Shown here: in pieces, positions 18,269-28,223 of the stretch
How positions within the stretch are numbered: the first letter of the stretch is position 1
Layout: each line of letters begins with the position of its first letter
IMG/VR virus record: IMGVR_UViG_3300021962_000066
Coordinates: 19,784 to 83,783 of that record
From: a virus
DNA length: 64,000 nt
Direction: 5' to 3' (one strand)
Translations under genes and position numbers: made by a program
Notes under the pieces: generated by a model
What the model saw: the letters and a program-made list of their open reading frames with translations, nothing else
Databases searched by the model: none
What the model was told of the DNA's origin: nothing

Positions 18269-21256
18269 CTAATTAAATGTTAAGAAGTCGTTAGCTACAG
18301 TAAAGCTTGCAGAGCGGCTAGGTGTTAATGTCTTGGTAAATATAATATCGCTATAAGCGCTATTACCGAAATTTTCAGAGTGTAAAAACATATCCGGCTT
18401 ATAAACGTGTGCACTTAAATTATATAAGGTTGAGCTCAGTTTAAAAGTAAACTCAACATCATAGAACATATTAGACGGATCTTTGCCAATGTACTTTAAT
18501 ATATACTTACCGGTATCGTATCCATAACTCAATACCGGTCTTTCGATGAGAGTAAAATTAATGAAAGGTATGTAGTTGCCAGGAGAATAGCTGGATAAAG
18601 ATGATAGCGAGAAGAATCCAATATCTGCAGGACCGGAGCTAAGCGGTGGGTATACTCTCTGTATACTCTCGCCAGTATACTTGTATATATCAAAGTAAAT
18701 CGCTCGTGAATTGGTCGCGCTCGCAGCAGGTAGTATATTAGTTTTTGCAACATAAAGTGAATCCTTTACTTCATCGTACCAGGTGTTCGAAAAGTGATTA
18801 TACTGGTTATTATCCCCTCTAACTAAATAATTTATCTCCCCGCCAAACGGCAGGTACTTCTCGGTGGTGATATTATACTTTAACTTATTAAAGGTTAAAT
18901 AATTCTCCGTCTCTATAATTAGAATATTATTAACCACGTCAAAGTGCTTAACCTTTACGCGAAGCTCGTTCGCCACGGCGATCGGGTACTTGGTAAAGAT
19001 ATCGTTGAGTACAGTCGACGCGTGAGCTACGATGGTATCTCCTGCATTTCTGAAGTACATGGTACCGTAGACATTATACTGATCGTGAAAGGAGATACTT
19101 GCTGATAGTTGCCCGGAGGCAGATGAGAACGTAGTAGTGGCTGAGGGAAGCGTATTATCTAAATACACGTTTTGATTAAAGTAATCTCTAGTAATAATGA
19201 TCGGCGAAGCATCTTCACCGCGGTTTAAGAAAGGACCGCAATCATTATAGCCAAATCCTGATAGAGGGAACGCGCTATAAATATATGCCCCTGATACCTG
19301 GCATTCTGTAGTATCGTTATCGATATAAGCAGAAGCATACGAGTAATCAACGAAGTTATAGGAACGTAGGGTTACTAGCGGAGTAGTTGCATTAAATAGT
19401 AAGCTATCGCTGACTACGAAAGTGAAGCTTAGATCAGCCTTACAGAATTCTAATTCAGGAAAGAATCTAGCTCCCTTTACTATATAGCTTACACTTAAGC
19501 CAGTGAAGCCGGCTGTATTCGTATCGAGCTCTATTATACCTGAAGCAGGTAGGTTCCAAGTACCGCCTGATATAGTCATGAATTCGTTACCATTTAACTC
19601 AAGACAATAAGAAGTCGGGCCTAACTCGATCTGTCTAATACTTTCAGGGTCCTTTGCCTTATATATCTCTTTATATAATCCAAAACTATTACCATGTAGA
19701 TCCTGCCTAAATTGTACCTGTGTTTGATTGTCAGTGAATAATAAGTAATCTGTTCGACTACCTATCGGCTGAAAGTTACTCGAAGTCTTGGGGAATACAT
19801 CGTTATTATCCCATATTGTTTTCTTGGGACCCGCGAAGAAATCGTAACTATCAAAAGCTCTCGATATACCGGTAGGATCGTGATTTAGTGATTCAGATCG
19901 AGATTGGTATCCCTTAAACTTGGTTATAAAATCGGTAATCGCGTTACCAAACCCGGCTGTATTAGTTATAGAGTTCTTAAATTGAGATACTATCTCAGTG
20001 TAACTGAAAGGATTATCAATTAAGGTTCTGCTTAATCCGGCAATATTGCCATACTTATTTGGATCCGGAAAAACGTATATTTTACTTTTTTCGAGATCAT
20101 TAATTGAACCTTCGATATCAAAGGCAATAAAATTTTGTATGCCCTGTTTATCTGCCTTAAAGAAGCCGCCGATACTCTGTAACGTTGCGAGTTTCTCACT
20201 TTCGATCTGTAAGATCGTTGGAAATCTTCTATTTAGATAATTACTGAATTCGTTTGCTTCAAATAGCTTACCGTAGGTAAATTGTAGTTGATCGTTAGTA
20301 GAGAGATAGTAGAAGGTAGTGCCTGAAAATGTTTCAAGCGTATCTTTCAGGATATTCAGGTTTAAATTACCGGTATCGAGATTATTAATTAGACTAGTAA
20401 AATTCTGATCCTTTAAGAACTGTAAGTCATCACTAGTAAACTTAAAGTCAATAGCAAAATTAGTACCCAACGACTCGAGTATGATCGGGTACTTCTCGAT
20501 CTCTTTGATAATACTATTATCGAAATCTAAGAATAATTCCGGGTCAAATTCGTAACTATTACCGTCAAAATATGTCTTGCGATCGCCCGTAGCATCATAG
20601 GCAGATACAGACAATGCAGGATTTATGTCATAATAGTTGGTCTCAGTATCATACAGCTCATCAAACGATACAGAGAAAGTATTCTTTATATCAGCTTTAG
20701 TTATCCCCTCTTCTTTAAAAAGCTTATTAATCTTTGGGTCGAGAAAACTACTCTCAATAGTCTCGCGAATAATTTTATCAAATGAGTAATTAGAGCTCTT
20801 AAGATTATGTCTATAAGGGGTAGACTTAATCTCATCACGTGCCGACGCATAATACAAGCATATATCTTTTATCTTGCGAACAAAGAGAGGTATAATTGCA
20901 GCTACTTGCTGTGGGTCCGTATAGTCAGCATTGGTTACAAATCGCTTTTCATCTGCAGTTAGAAAGTTAACAGCAATATTTCTAAACAGCGATACGTATA
21001 AGTCTTTTATGGTGTCGCTGTTTACTGCCTGTGTATCGATGTTAACCTTTTGCCAGTCTAAGATATACTCCTTATATTCTCGAAGAAGAGTACGAGGATC
21101 ATTCTCTATATTGACAAAGTACTGAACCCATTGTAAAAAGGCGAGAGGCGACAACTTATCAACAGCGTTAGGGTTATTCCTATCCACCACTATTGATTGT
21201 TGTACCGTTAGATCTCTAAGATCAAGATTTCCAGAGTTTGCGATGCCGACTTCCAT
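18269..21256 (-). CDS. Large baseplate/tail-associated structural protein
   Basis: 995 aa, beta-rich C-terminus, downstream of gp6 in the same operon. Confidence 0.55.
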   Translation of the reverse strand: MEVGIANSGNLDLRDLTVQQSIVVDRNNPNAVDKLSPLAFLQWVQYFVNIENDPRTLLREYKEYILDWQKVNIDTQAVNSDTIKDLYVSLFRNIAVNFLTADEKRFVTNADYTDPQQVAAIIPLFVRKIKDICLYYASARDEIKSTPYRHNLKSSNYSFDKIIRETIESSFLDPKINKLFKEEGITKADIKNTFSVSFDELYDTETNYYDINPALSVSAYDATGDRKTYFDGNSYEFDPELFLDFDNSIIKEIEKYPIILESLGTNFAIDFKFTSDDLQFLKDQNFTSLINNLDTGNLNLNILKDTLETFSGTTFYYLSTNDQLQFTYGKLFEANEFSNYLNRRFPTILQIESEKLATLQSIGGFFKADKQGIQNFIAFDIEGSINDLEKSKIYVFPDPNKYGNIAGLSRTLIDNPFSYTEIVSQFKNSITNTAGFGNAITDFITKFKGYQSRSESLNHDPTGISRAFDSYDFFAGPKKTIWDNNDVFPKTSSNFQPIGSRTDYLLFTDNQTQVQFRQDLHGNSFGLYKEIYKAKDPESIRQIELGPTSYCLELNGNEFMTISGGTWNLPASGIIELDTNTAGFTGLSVSYIVKGARFFPELEFCKADLSFTFVVSDSLLFNATTPLVTLRSYNFVDYSYASAYIDNDTTECQVSGAYIYSAFPLSGFGYNDCGPFLNRGEDASPIIITRDYFNQNVYLDNTLPSATTTFSSASGQLSASISFHDQYNVYGTMYFRNAGDTIVAHASTVLNDIFTKYPIAVANELRVKVKHFDVVNNILIIETENYLTFNKLKYNITTEKYLPFGGEINYLVRGDNNQYNHFSNTWYDEVKDSLYVAKTNILPAASATNSRAIYFDIYKYTGESIQRVYPPLSSGPADIGFFSLSSLSSYSPGNYIPFINFTLIERPVLSYGYDTGKYILKYIGKDPSNMFYDVEFTFKLSSTLYNLSAHVYKPDMFLHSENFGNSAYSDIIFTKTLTPSRSASFTVANDFLTFN

Positions 21257-21269
21257 AGTACTTTAATAC

Positions 21270-23450
21270 TTAATTGTTGTATGTTATATCAGTAGCGCTA
21301 GAGAACAATCTCAAGCCTTTTGTCAATTCGTAATTGATAATATTATCCATAATCCCATCATCTTTAGACCAATCGACATATGAGCTGGTATAGAAACTTA
21401 ATGTTGTAGTCGAATCGCTCCAGTCAATTACTGAATTTTTAATACTACCCTCAGATGTTGGAATATAGGTATAGAATCTAAAATAATCTCCGATTTGAGC
21501 TCCGGTAATAGAAGTTGCTACCGGTATTGCCCAGCCCCAGGTACTGTTAAATGTAGATAACGGTAATATATCAGTAAGATCGATACCCGACAGCTTAGCA
21601 GTATATACCAATCGATTAGCTCCGCTAAATTTCTCATATACTACTATACCCGCACTTACCGGGAAGGTGCTGGATAATATATTTAACTCGGTTCCGATAT
21701 TGACGGCGAAACTGCTACTCGTACTATTACGTCTATTAAAATCTGAGTTAAAGTTATTAATACTACCGAATAGTCCTTTGTGGTTAATACTTAAAATGTC
21801 TACTACTCGTTTTACTTGTGGTGGGTATTCATAGTTTACCGGCTCCAACAGGTGACCTACCTGGTTACTCATCGATACTAATCCTTGAACGTTGGCTGTA
21901 TCGATATTGCTGTTATTATCGGTAAAGTTTGCAATCTTCTCATATACCGTCTTACCAAATTCATACGGCTTACTCGAACCATGACCTAGACCAGCTGATA
22001 GTAGTAATAGAAAATTATCGAAGTACTTGCTACCGTACTGATACTCCGCATATCTCTGATTACCGAGAAAGTTACCGAAATCGAACCCTTCGTTTACTTT
22101 AGCAATACCGTACTTACCACTAAACGGGAATACATCGAATAGATTGCTTTCTCCGGTAACTGTCCGTACTATAGCTGAAACATTAAAACCGGATACACTG
22201 TAATATAGGGGATCATTTACTCGAGTATTAGCGACAATTTTTACGTTGACTGCTGTCGCTGAGGGCACAAAATACCCCCTAAAATATCCGCCCACGTCTG
22301 TAGGCGCTGCGGAGGTAAAATCAGAGTAAAATGTGCCAGGCAGTATGGCGTTACTGGCAATTGCAGATAGCGATATGATATAATCCGAACCAAATGTACC
22401 TGCTGTTAGAGTAGGGTAGAACTTCGTAGAGAAATTATCACTGTCTTCGAGTTTTACAATAAAAGGAATTTTAGTATTCTGCCAGCTTATTGCCGGTATA
22501 TTAAAGGTAGAAAGTATAGCATCTCCCTGAGTGTCAATACCGTTAGTTGAAAACGATAGTTTTGTTGCAGGATTATACCTGATTCTAGTATCAGCTATAA
22601 CTGCAGGAGAAGAATTAAAGTAATTGGTACCGGTAAAGTTTGATAAATCCCTATCTAGAGTAATATCGTCAACTATCTTACGATTATCTAGAGTGGTGAA
22701 TATAATAACTGGTGAACTACCACTCGATAAGTAATTTTTAGGTTTATCGCTAGTAAAGTATGGGGTTGCATAGCCGGTGCTACCAGCAATTACTGCATCA
22801 GTATCTGTAGATAGACATTGAATATATTCGCCCGCAGCGTTCTGATTAACGTATATAAGTGTAGAAGTAGTAGCTATAGATGTTATCGGTATATATTCAT
22901 AGGAATACCCCGCTACTACCTTCTCTAAGAACTTACTATTTTGAATTAGATGCGACCATTGACTCGAATTATAACTATCAATATTTATAAAAGGATCGAG
23001 GGTACCTGATACGTACAGGTTAACAGTATAATCGCTACTGTTATTGGCGGGCACAGTTCTCCAGGAACTCTGTCTCAGTATATCGAAGCTTTCAAAGTGA
23101 CCTGCTTTTACTTCAAATGTCGAGGGGGCATCGTTAATGAGATTATCGTATATAAAATCGTGTGCGGTTAATCCGGGGATGTAGCTACCTACAATCGCTT
23201 CGCCTTGGCGATTATATACGATAAGACGTACCCCATAGACTCCGGGAAACTTATAATTATGTACTCCAGTTAACCCATCTGAAGTAGTACCGTCACCGAA
23301 ATCCCACAGCACTTGCTTACTAGATACTACAATATCTACCTCATCAAGATTGGGTATAAAGGTGAAATTGCAACCCGGCAGAGTGTAACCGGAGAGAGAT
23401 GCTTCCCCTCGGTAGTTTAGGGTCTGTATATCTACATAAATATCACTCAT
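21270..23450 (-). CDS. PKD-domain baseplate protein (gp7-like position)
   Basis: WDFGDG...HNYKFPGVYGVRLIVYN PKD motif; follows gp6 with a 4-nt overlap. Confidence 0.65.
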   Translation of the reverse strand: MSDIYVDIQTLNYRGEASLSGYTLPGCNFTFIPNLDEVDIVVSSKQVLWDFGDGTTSDGLTGVHNYKFPGVYGVRLIVYNRQGEAIVGSYIPGLTAHDFIYDNLINDAPSTFEVKAGHFESFDILRQSSWRTVPANNSSDYTVNLYVSGTLDPFINIDSYNSSQWSHLIQNSKFLEKVVAGYSYEYIPITSIATTSTLIYVNQNAAGEYIQCLSTDTDAVIAGSTGYATPYFTSDKPKNYLSSGSSPVIIFTTLDNRKIVDDITLDRDLSNFTGTNYFNSSPAVIADTRIRYNPATKLSFSTNGIDTQGDAILSTFNIPAISWQNTKIPFIVKLEDSDNFSTKFYPTLTAGTFGSDYIISLSAIASNAILPGTFYSDFTSAAPTDVGGYFRGYFVPSATAVNVKIVANTRVNDPLYYSVSGFNVSAIVRTVTGESNLFDVFPFSGKYGIAKVNEGFDFGNFLGNQRYAEYQYGSKYFDNFLLLLSAGLGHGSSKPYEFGKTVYEKIANFTDNNSNIDTANVQGLVSMSNQVGHLLEPVNYEYPPQVKRVVDILSINHKGLFGSINNFNSDFNRRNSTSSSFAVNIGTELNILSSTFPVSAGIVVYEKFSGANRLVYTAKLSGIDLTDILPLSTFNSTWGWAIPVATSITGAQIGDYFRFYTYIPTSEGSIKNSVIDWSDSTTTLSFYTSSYVDWSKDDGIMDNIINYELTKGLRLFSSATDITYNN

Positions 23451-25270
23451 TCTGATGCAAGAACAATCTTATTAATAAAGTCGATTGAATTACTTAAGTA
23501 TGGAAATTTAAAGTAGGGCAGAGTCAGATTTTGCTGCACTACTGCTATATCAGTTTCTGGATATACTGGGTTAAAGATTAACAAGCTAATACCGGGAAAC
23601 TGTATCCTACCGCCACTACTAGTTCTTACTGTTCTAAAGTTGCTCACCCCTTCAATATTAATTATCTTAGATGATAGGTCAGTTAAATTAATGAGTACCC
23701 CTAAATTATCGTTAGTAGTCTTAAAGAAGTCGGTAAGGATTTTCGCTACTTGTGCCTGAATCGAACTAAAATTTCGTCTGAGGGCACCATTAACTATAAC
23801 CTCTAGGGTCGTCTCATCAGCTATACTCGGTGTAAGTGCTTCGCCAACATTACCGAGACCGAAGCCTACCTCTACGTAAACTGGATCTACCGGAACTATT
23901 TCAGATGTACTGATCTTATACGGGTTTAGTTTATCGATGATAAATTGCTTTTGTGCGCCATTTAAATAGTTAACCCGCGTAGTAAGAGAGGTAACTAGAT
24001 CAATTTTTGGTACAGCGTAGACGTAGGTATTATTAAAGTTGCAGCTAGAGCTAAACTTAACCTGATTAAACATTAATCTACTCGCTATCGACGGTCTTTC
24101 TACCCCTAGATCGAAATAATATTTTAAATGGCCGCTGATATAATCTGCATTATTCACTACTCGAGAGCTACTAATAATATTGCCGAAATTCTTCTTTACA
24201 TAGGTCTCTACGTCTCCAGTAGTCGATAGCCGATATTGTGCTCTATAGGTATTTAGTGCATTTTCCTTAATACTAGCTACCCCCTCTGCTTCTGAGGATT
24301 TAGTAGATGGTGATATATTTATAAATTGTAATGAACCTGCTTCTTCTGATGTAACAACTACAAGATTCTGCGCGAGCGTATCTGTCAGAATATTTTGAAA
24401 CTGCTCGGAGTTGTATAATACCAGCTGTCTATCATCAATTCCGCCAGCCGGTATTTCTCCAGTCGGACCGTCTGTCTTTAAAAAATAAATCGCGATCTCA
24501 TCACCTTGATTAAGCTGCTTACCAAAGGTACCGTTACCGAACTTAATATCATATCTACCGTTCTCATTGAGTCTAATTTGATATACGAGACTATCGGATT
24601 GCTCTAGGAATAATGATTCAGTAGGCCGGTACTGAGTATATACCGGATTGAGTACGGAGTTATCTCTTACATATACATCAATGTTGAAGTGGTCGATCTG
24701 TACGTTATTAATACCATCTACAGATGTTATCGTCAGCAGTTCGTAAGGCTCACCAGTAGCTACTGCTACTGGGTATTCGACGTAGGTACCTTGATATAAT
24801 AGATTGTTATCTGAAAACTCAGTTAGATTCTCCGCAGCAGTCAATGTTTTAGTAAAGGTTGCATCTTTAGTAAAGGCGTACTGTATACCGTTAGTAACAA
24901 AGTATGAATATCTAGGTATAGTATAGCTATTAGCAGCCAGATTATCAGGAGCAGTAACATTAAAATTAAGAGTAGCAGACTGAACACCAATCGGATTATA
25001 GTTAAGTAATTTAACTATTTTATTAATATTCTCATTGAGTGTTGCTTGCGAATACAGGCTCTCGCTAGAGGTTTGATTGAGGTAGAATAGTAGCGTATGA
25101 TACGAATATGATATAATATCTAGTACCTGATTAATATTACTGCCTTCAAAATTTTGATCTGTAAATACGCCCGAGTTGTTGAGTCGGTCAATAATAAGAG
25201 TTTTTAGGCTAGTCGCATCGAAAGCCGCGTAACTATTATTATCTATCTTAAATGTATTGTCGTTAGCCAT
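23447..25270 (-). CDS. gp6: Baseplate wedge subunit (T4 gp6-like)
   Basis: FTDQNFEGSN..LDIISY, ESLYSQA..LNYNP, IKFGNG.FGK, YFLKTDG. Confidence 0.88.
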   Translation of the reverse strand: MANDNTFKIDNNSYAAFDATSLKTLIIDRLNNSGVFTDQNFEGSNINQVLDIISYSYHTLLFYLNQTSSESLYSQATLNENINKIVKLLNYNPIGVQSATLNFNVTAPDNLAANSYTIPRYSYFVTNGIQYAFTKDATFTKTLTAAENLTEFSDNNLLYQGTYVEYPVAVATGEPYELLTITSVDGINNVQIDHFNIDVYVRDNSVLNPVYTQYRPTESLFLEQSDSLVYQIRLNENGRYDIKFGNGTFGKQLNQGDEIAIYFLKTDGPTGEIPAGGIDDRQLVLYNSEQFQNILTDTLAQNLVVVTSEEAGSLQFINISPSTKSSEAEGVASIKENALNTYRAQYRLSTTGDVETYVKKNFGNIISSSRVVNNADYISGHLKYYFDLGVERPSIASRLMFNQVKFSSSCNFNNTYVYAVPKIDLVTSLTTRVNYLNGAQKQFIIDKLNPYKISTSEIVPVDPVYVEVGFGLGNVGEALTPSIADETTLEVIVNGALRRNFSSIQAQVAKILTDFFKTTNDNLGVLINLTDLSSKIINIEGVSNFRTVRTSSGGRIQFPGISLLIFNPVYPETDIAVVQQNLTLPYFKFPYLSNSIDFINKIVLASE

Positions 25271-25746
25271 TATATAAATGTAAAGCCTGAATTATTTAAG
25301 CTACCTACTAATAGTATCATGTTATTTTTAAGTGCCGGTACATTTAAAATGATGTCAATTTCGTATCGGTTGTTGTCTTCGTCTTTATACACGGTTACCT
25401 TATCTGGTATAACTCGTGGTTCGTATCGTCTGATACCATCTATAACTGCGTCACCTAATAGTTCACCATTATCATTACTTACAGGTAAAAATAAGAATCT
25501 TTGTAAACCGGAGCCGTACTCAGGATTTAATATTTTCTGACCTTTTGTAGTGTTAAATAGAGTTATAAGAGAATTTCTAATAGCTTGCTCATCAAAATCA
25601 GCAAGCGCATCACTACTTACGTTGTCGTCAAAATACGCTATACCTCTGGGTATACCAAATTGTAGGTCTAAATGTAGATCTTTAAATACTTTGCCAGTAT
25701 CGACATTTTTTACCTGACTTAGAGATGTTAGCGTGATATTAGCCAT
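25270..25746 (-). CDS. gp25: Baseplate wedge/sheath initiator (gp25-like)
   Basis: AIRNSLITLFNTTKGQKILNPEYGS..LF, RYEPRV. Confidence 0.9.
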   Translation of the reverse strand: MANITLTSLSQVKNVDTGKVFKDLHLDLQFGIPRGIAYFDDNVSSDALADFDEQAIRNSLITLFNTTKGQKILNPEYGSGLQRFLFLPVSNDNGELLGDAVIDGIRRYEPRVIPDKVTVYKDEDNNRYEIDIILNVPALKNNMILLVGSLNNSGFTFI

Positions 25747-25795
25747 TATTAAGTATTTATTGTGTAAAATTGAAACCTAGAGGATAAATAATTCT

Positions 25796-26308
25796 GTGAA
25801 GAAAAGGTTTATACGGTTATACGAAAATAACATCGATCGCTTTACTAATGGTGGATTTTTAGTCGGCGATGTCGTCAAAATTAAACCAGGTTCCTATAAC
25901 CATAAAGCTTTCGAAGGCCGAGAGGAGATAAAAGCTCAGATCAAGTCTCTTATAGACTCCGATCTCAATATTCGCATTATAAACATTAAAAACAAATATC
26001 CTGGGGTGATGGGCGCGAATAACACCGACTATATTAACCCATTTAATCGAACAGTAGATATAGGCCAAGAAATAATGCCGGGTAGATATTACAACACTAC
26101 GAGTGTTCCCGGCGAAATACTCGAACGTGTACCTACTTATCCCAACCTACCGCCGATTCCTGACTCAATGAAGCGAGCAGATAAGTCTCACATTGATACT
26201 AAAGAGGTTGAAAATACCGACAAAAATAGAAGTCTTCATAATACAAATATAAAGATACCTTCTGTTGATGCAAAGCCTACTACGGCAATGTATTTGCCGA
26301 AGAAGTAG
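25796..26308 (+). CDS. Hypothetical late protein
   Basis: 170-aa ORF; TAAATA 5 nt before the GTG start. Confidence 0.6.
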   Translation: MKKRFIRLYENNIDRFTNGGFLVGDVVKIKPGSYNHKAFEGREEIKAQIKSLIDSDLNIRIINIKNKYPGVMGANNTDYINPFNRTVDIGQEIMPGRYYNTTSVPGEILERVPTYPNLPPIPDSMKRADKSHIDTKEVENTDKNRSLHNTNIKIPSVDAKPTTAMYLPKK

Positions 26309-27221
26309 CATTCTGCGTTAAACAGATAAAGCAAGCATAGCTATTGATCTCCTGATCAACTACAAATGCCGATCGGTAGAGATACTCAGAGATTATAAGC
26401 AGATATACTTTCTTTGTCTCTATATTCGTCTCCACCCTATCTACATATTTGAAGGTCTCTCTCAGCAAGTTTACATAATCGCTATTAAACTTTATCTCAT
26501 TATTAATCAAGTAACGCCGTAGTTCAGTTATATTCTTTTTAACTACAAATTCGTACAGCTCTGGAATTACACTCTGTACCGTGCAGGTATCTAGTACTAG
26601 TTCACCGTTGATCGAATTTTTTTGCAGCTCGTTAATACAGCGTCTAACATCTGGGTAGATTCCTCTAACAAACTGTACAAATTGCTTAGGATCAGTCACC
26701 TTAATACCCTCGCTCTTAATAATTTTAAAACATCTCTTTACGACTGCATCGAGCGGTGGGGTCAAGTCAAGAGTCTGACAGCGACTAATTAGTGCAGGTA
26801 TGATCTTGTATTTGTAGTTACCGGTAAGAATGAATCGGGTATAACCTGAATATTCTTCCATGGTATTACGTAGAGCTCGCTGTGCATCTACAGATAATGC
26901 ATCAGCCTCGTCAAGGATGATTACCTTAATCTTACCGTCAAAACTCTTTGTCTTCGAAAAGGTAATTACTTTGTTTCTAATAGTATCAATACCATTTTCG
27001 TCAGATGCATTAATATACATATACTGACAATTCAATACATCAGTAACTAGAACTTTTGATAGGGTACTCTTACCGATGCCCGGGCTACCTATTAAAAGTA
27101 GATTAGGTATCTCTTTCTTTTTATTGAACTCTTCAATAATAGATAAGTTATTAGGCGATAGAATAATATCCGCCAGTACCCTTGGTCGATATTTCTCGAC
27201 GTATAGATTATCGAAGTTCAT
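26280..27221 (-). CDS. gp44: Clamp loader AAA+ subunit (gp44/RFC small-subunit-like)
   Basis: VEKYRP, GSPGIGKST, INASDE, ILDEAD, SRC. Confidence 0.93.
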   Translation of the reverse strand: MNFDNLYVEKYRPRVLADIILSPNNLSIIEEFNKKKEIPNLLLIGSPGIGKSTLSKVLVTDVLNCQYMYINASDENGIDTIRNKVITFSKTKSFDGKIKVIILDEADALSVDAQRALRNTMEEYSGYTRFILTGNYKYKIIPALISRCQTLDLTPPLDAVVKRCFKIIKSEGIKVTDPKQFVQFVRGIYPDVRRCINELQKNSINGELVLDTCTVQSVIPELYEFVVKKNITELRRYLINNEIKFNSDYVNLLRETFKYVDRVETNIETKKVYLLIISEYLYRSAFVVDQEINSYACFICLTQNATSSANTLP

Positions 27222-27643
27222 TTGCCTGAAGATCCGAGTCCTTTATCACCGCGAGCAGTTTTTTCAGCGGTGCCCCACTCAACTTCAATATCGAGATTTA
27301 GATAAAAAGTAATCTGAGCACAACGATCACCAACATTAACGGTATAGTCTACATCAGAGAAGTTATATAATTTAACTGCACAGTCGCCGCGGTACTCGCT
27401 GTCTACAATGCCAGGGTGGGTCATAAGACTATGTTTAAAACCTAGACCTGATCTGGATTCAATTTTAAACCAGTAGCCCTTTGGAATGTAACCGACTGTT
27501 ATACCGACAGGTACTATAGCAGAACCTTTCGCCGGAATTAATACCGACTCTGTTGAATATAGGTCGAATCCGGTATCAGTAGCGTTATTTTTTGTAGGTA
27601 ACTTAGCGTTTTCAGCTACTTTTACAAATTTAACCTTAGGCAT
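27218..27643 (-). CDS. dut: Trimeric dUTPase
   Basis: GFDL, SRSGLG, GIVDSEYRG, GDRCAQ, RGDKGLGSSG; start MPKVK preferred. Confidence 0.95.
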   Translation of the reverse strand: MPKVKFVKVAENAKLPTKNNATDTGFDLYSTESVLIPAKGSAIVPVGITVGYIPKGYWFKIESRSGLGFKHSLMTHPGIVDSEYRGDCAVKLYNFSDVDYTVNVGDRCAQITFYLNLDIEVEWGTAEKTARGDKGLGSSGK

Positions 27644-27743
27644 ATAATTTAAATTGCTTATGTTTTCCATATAGTAAATATATGTTAAACTCATTATTGA
27701 TCAACTTATATTGATTTGACCGAATAAATAGATAAGTATTGAC

Positions 27744-28223
27744 ATGGATGATGATATAGATCCTGAAATCGGATCCTTGATAGATCAGTTAAGAAATAAC
27801 AGTATAGCTATTAAAGCAGTACAGCGTGAACCTGACCTGCTTAAAAAGGAAGACATAGAGATGTTTGTAATTCAAAAAGCTGGTGCACTCGTTGAAGACT
27901 CTCTCGAGATGATTCGCACAGTTAAAGATTATATTATATCAGCGCCTGATCCAAAAGGTGTTGAATCACTAGCCGGATTAATAACTGCAACCTCATCTGC
28001 CATCGAAACTCTTAATAAATTAATTGTAACTGATAAAAAAACTGCAGCTATGTTTAGGCTAAAAGAGATGGATGCAGATCTCAAGCGGCAGCTAATTGAG
28101 GATCAAACAAATTCTAAAATTAAACTTACCCGGGAGGAGATGCTGAGGCATATAGCGATAGCAGTACAGGAGAAGCAAGTTACCAGCATCGATATTACTT
28201 CTGCACCGGTAAAGGAATCCTAA
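27744..28223 (+). CDS. Putative small terminase subunit (gp16-like)
   Basis: DPKGVESLAGLITATSSAIETLNKL resembles the helical core of T4-like gp16; late-type hexamer upstream. Confidence 0.5.
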   Translation: MDDDIDPEIGSLIDQLRNNSIAIKAVQREPDLLKKEDIEMFVIQKAGALVEDSLEMIRTVKDYIISAPDPKGVESLAGLITATSSAIETLNKLIVTDKKTAAMFRLKEMDADLKRQLIEDQTNSKIKLTREEMLRHIAIAVQEKQVTSIDITSAPVKES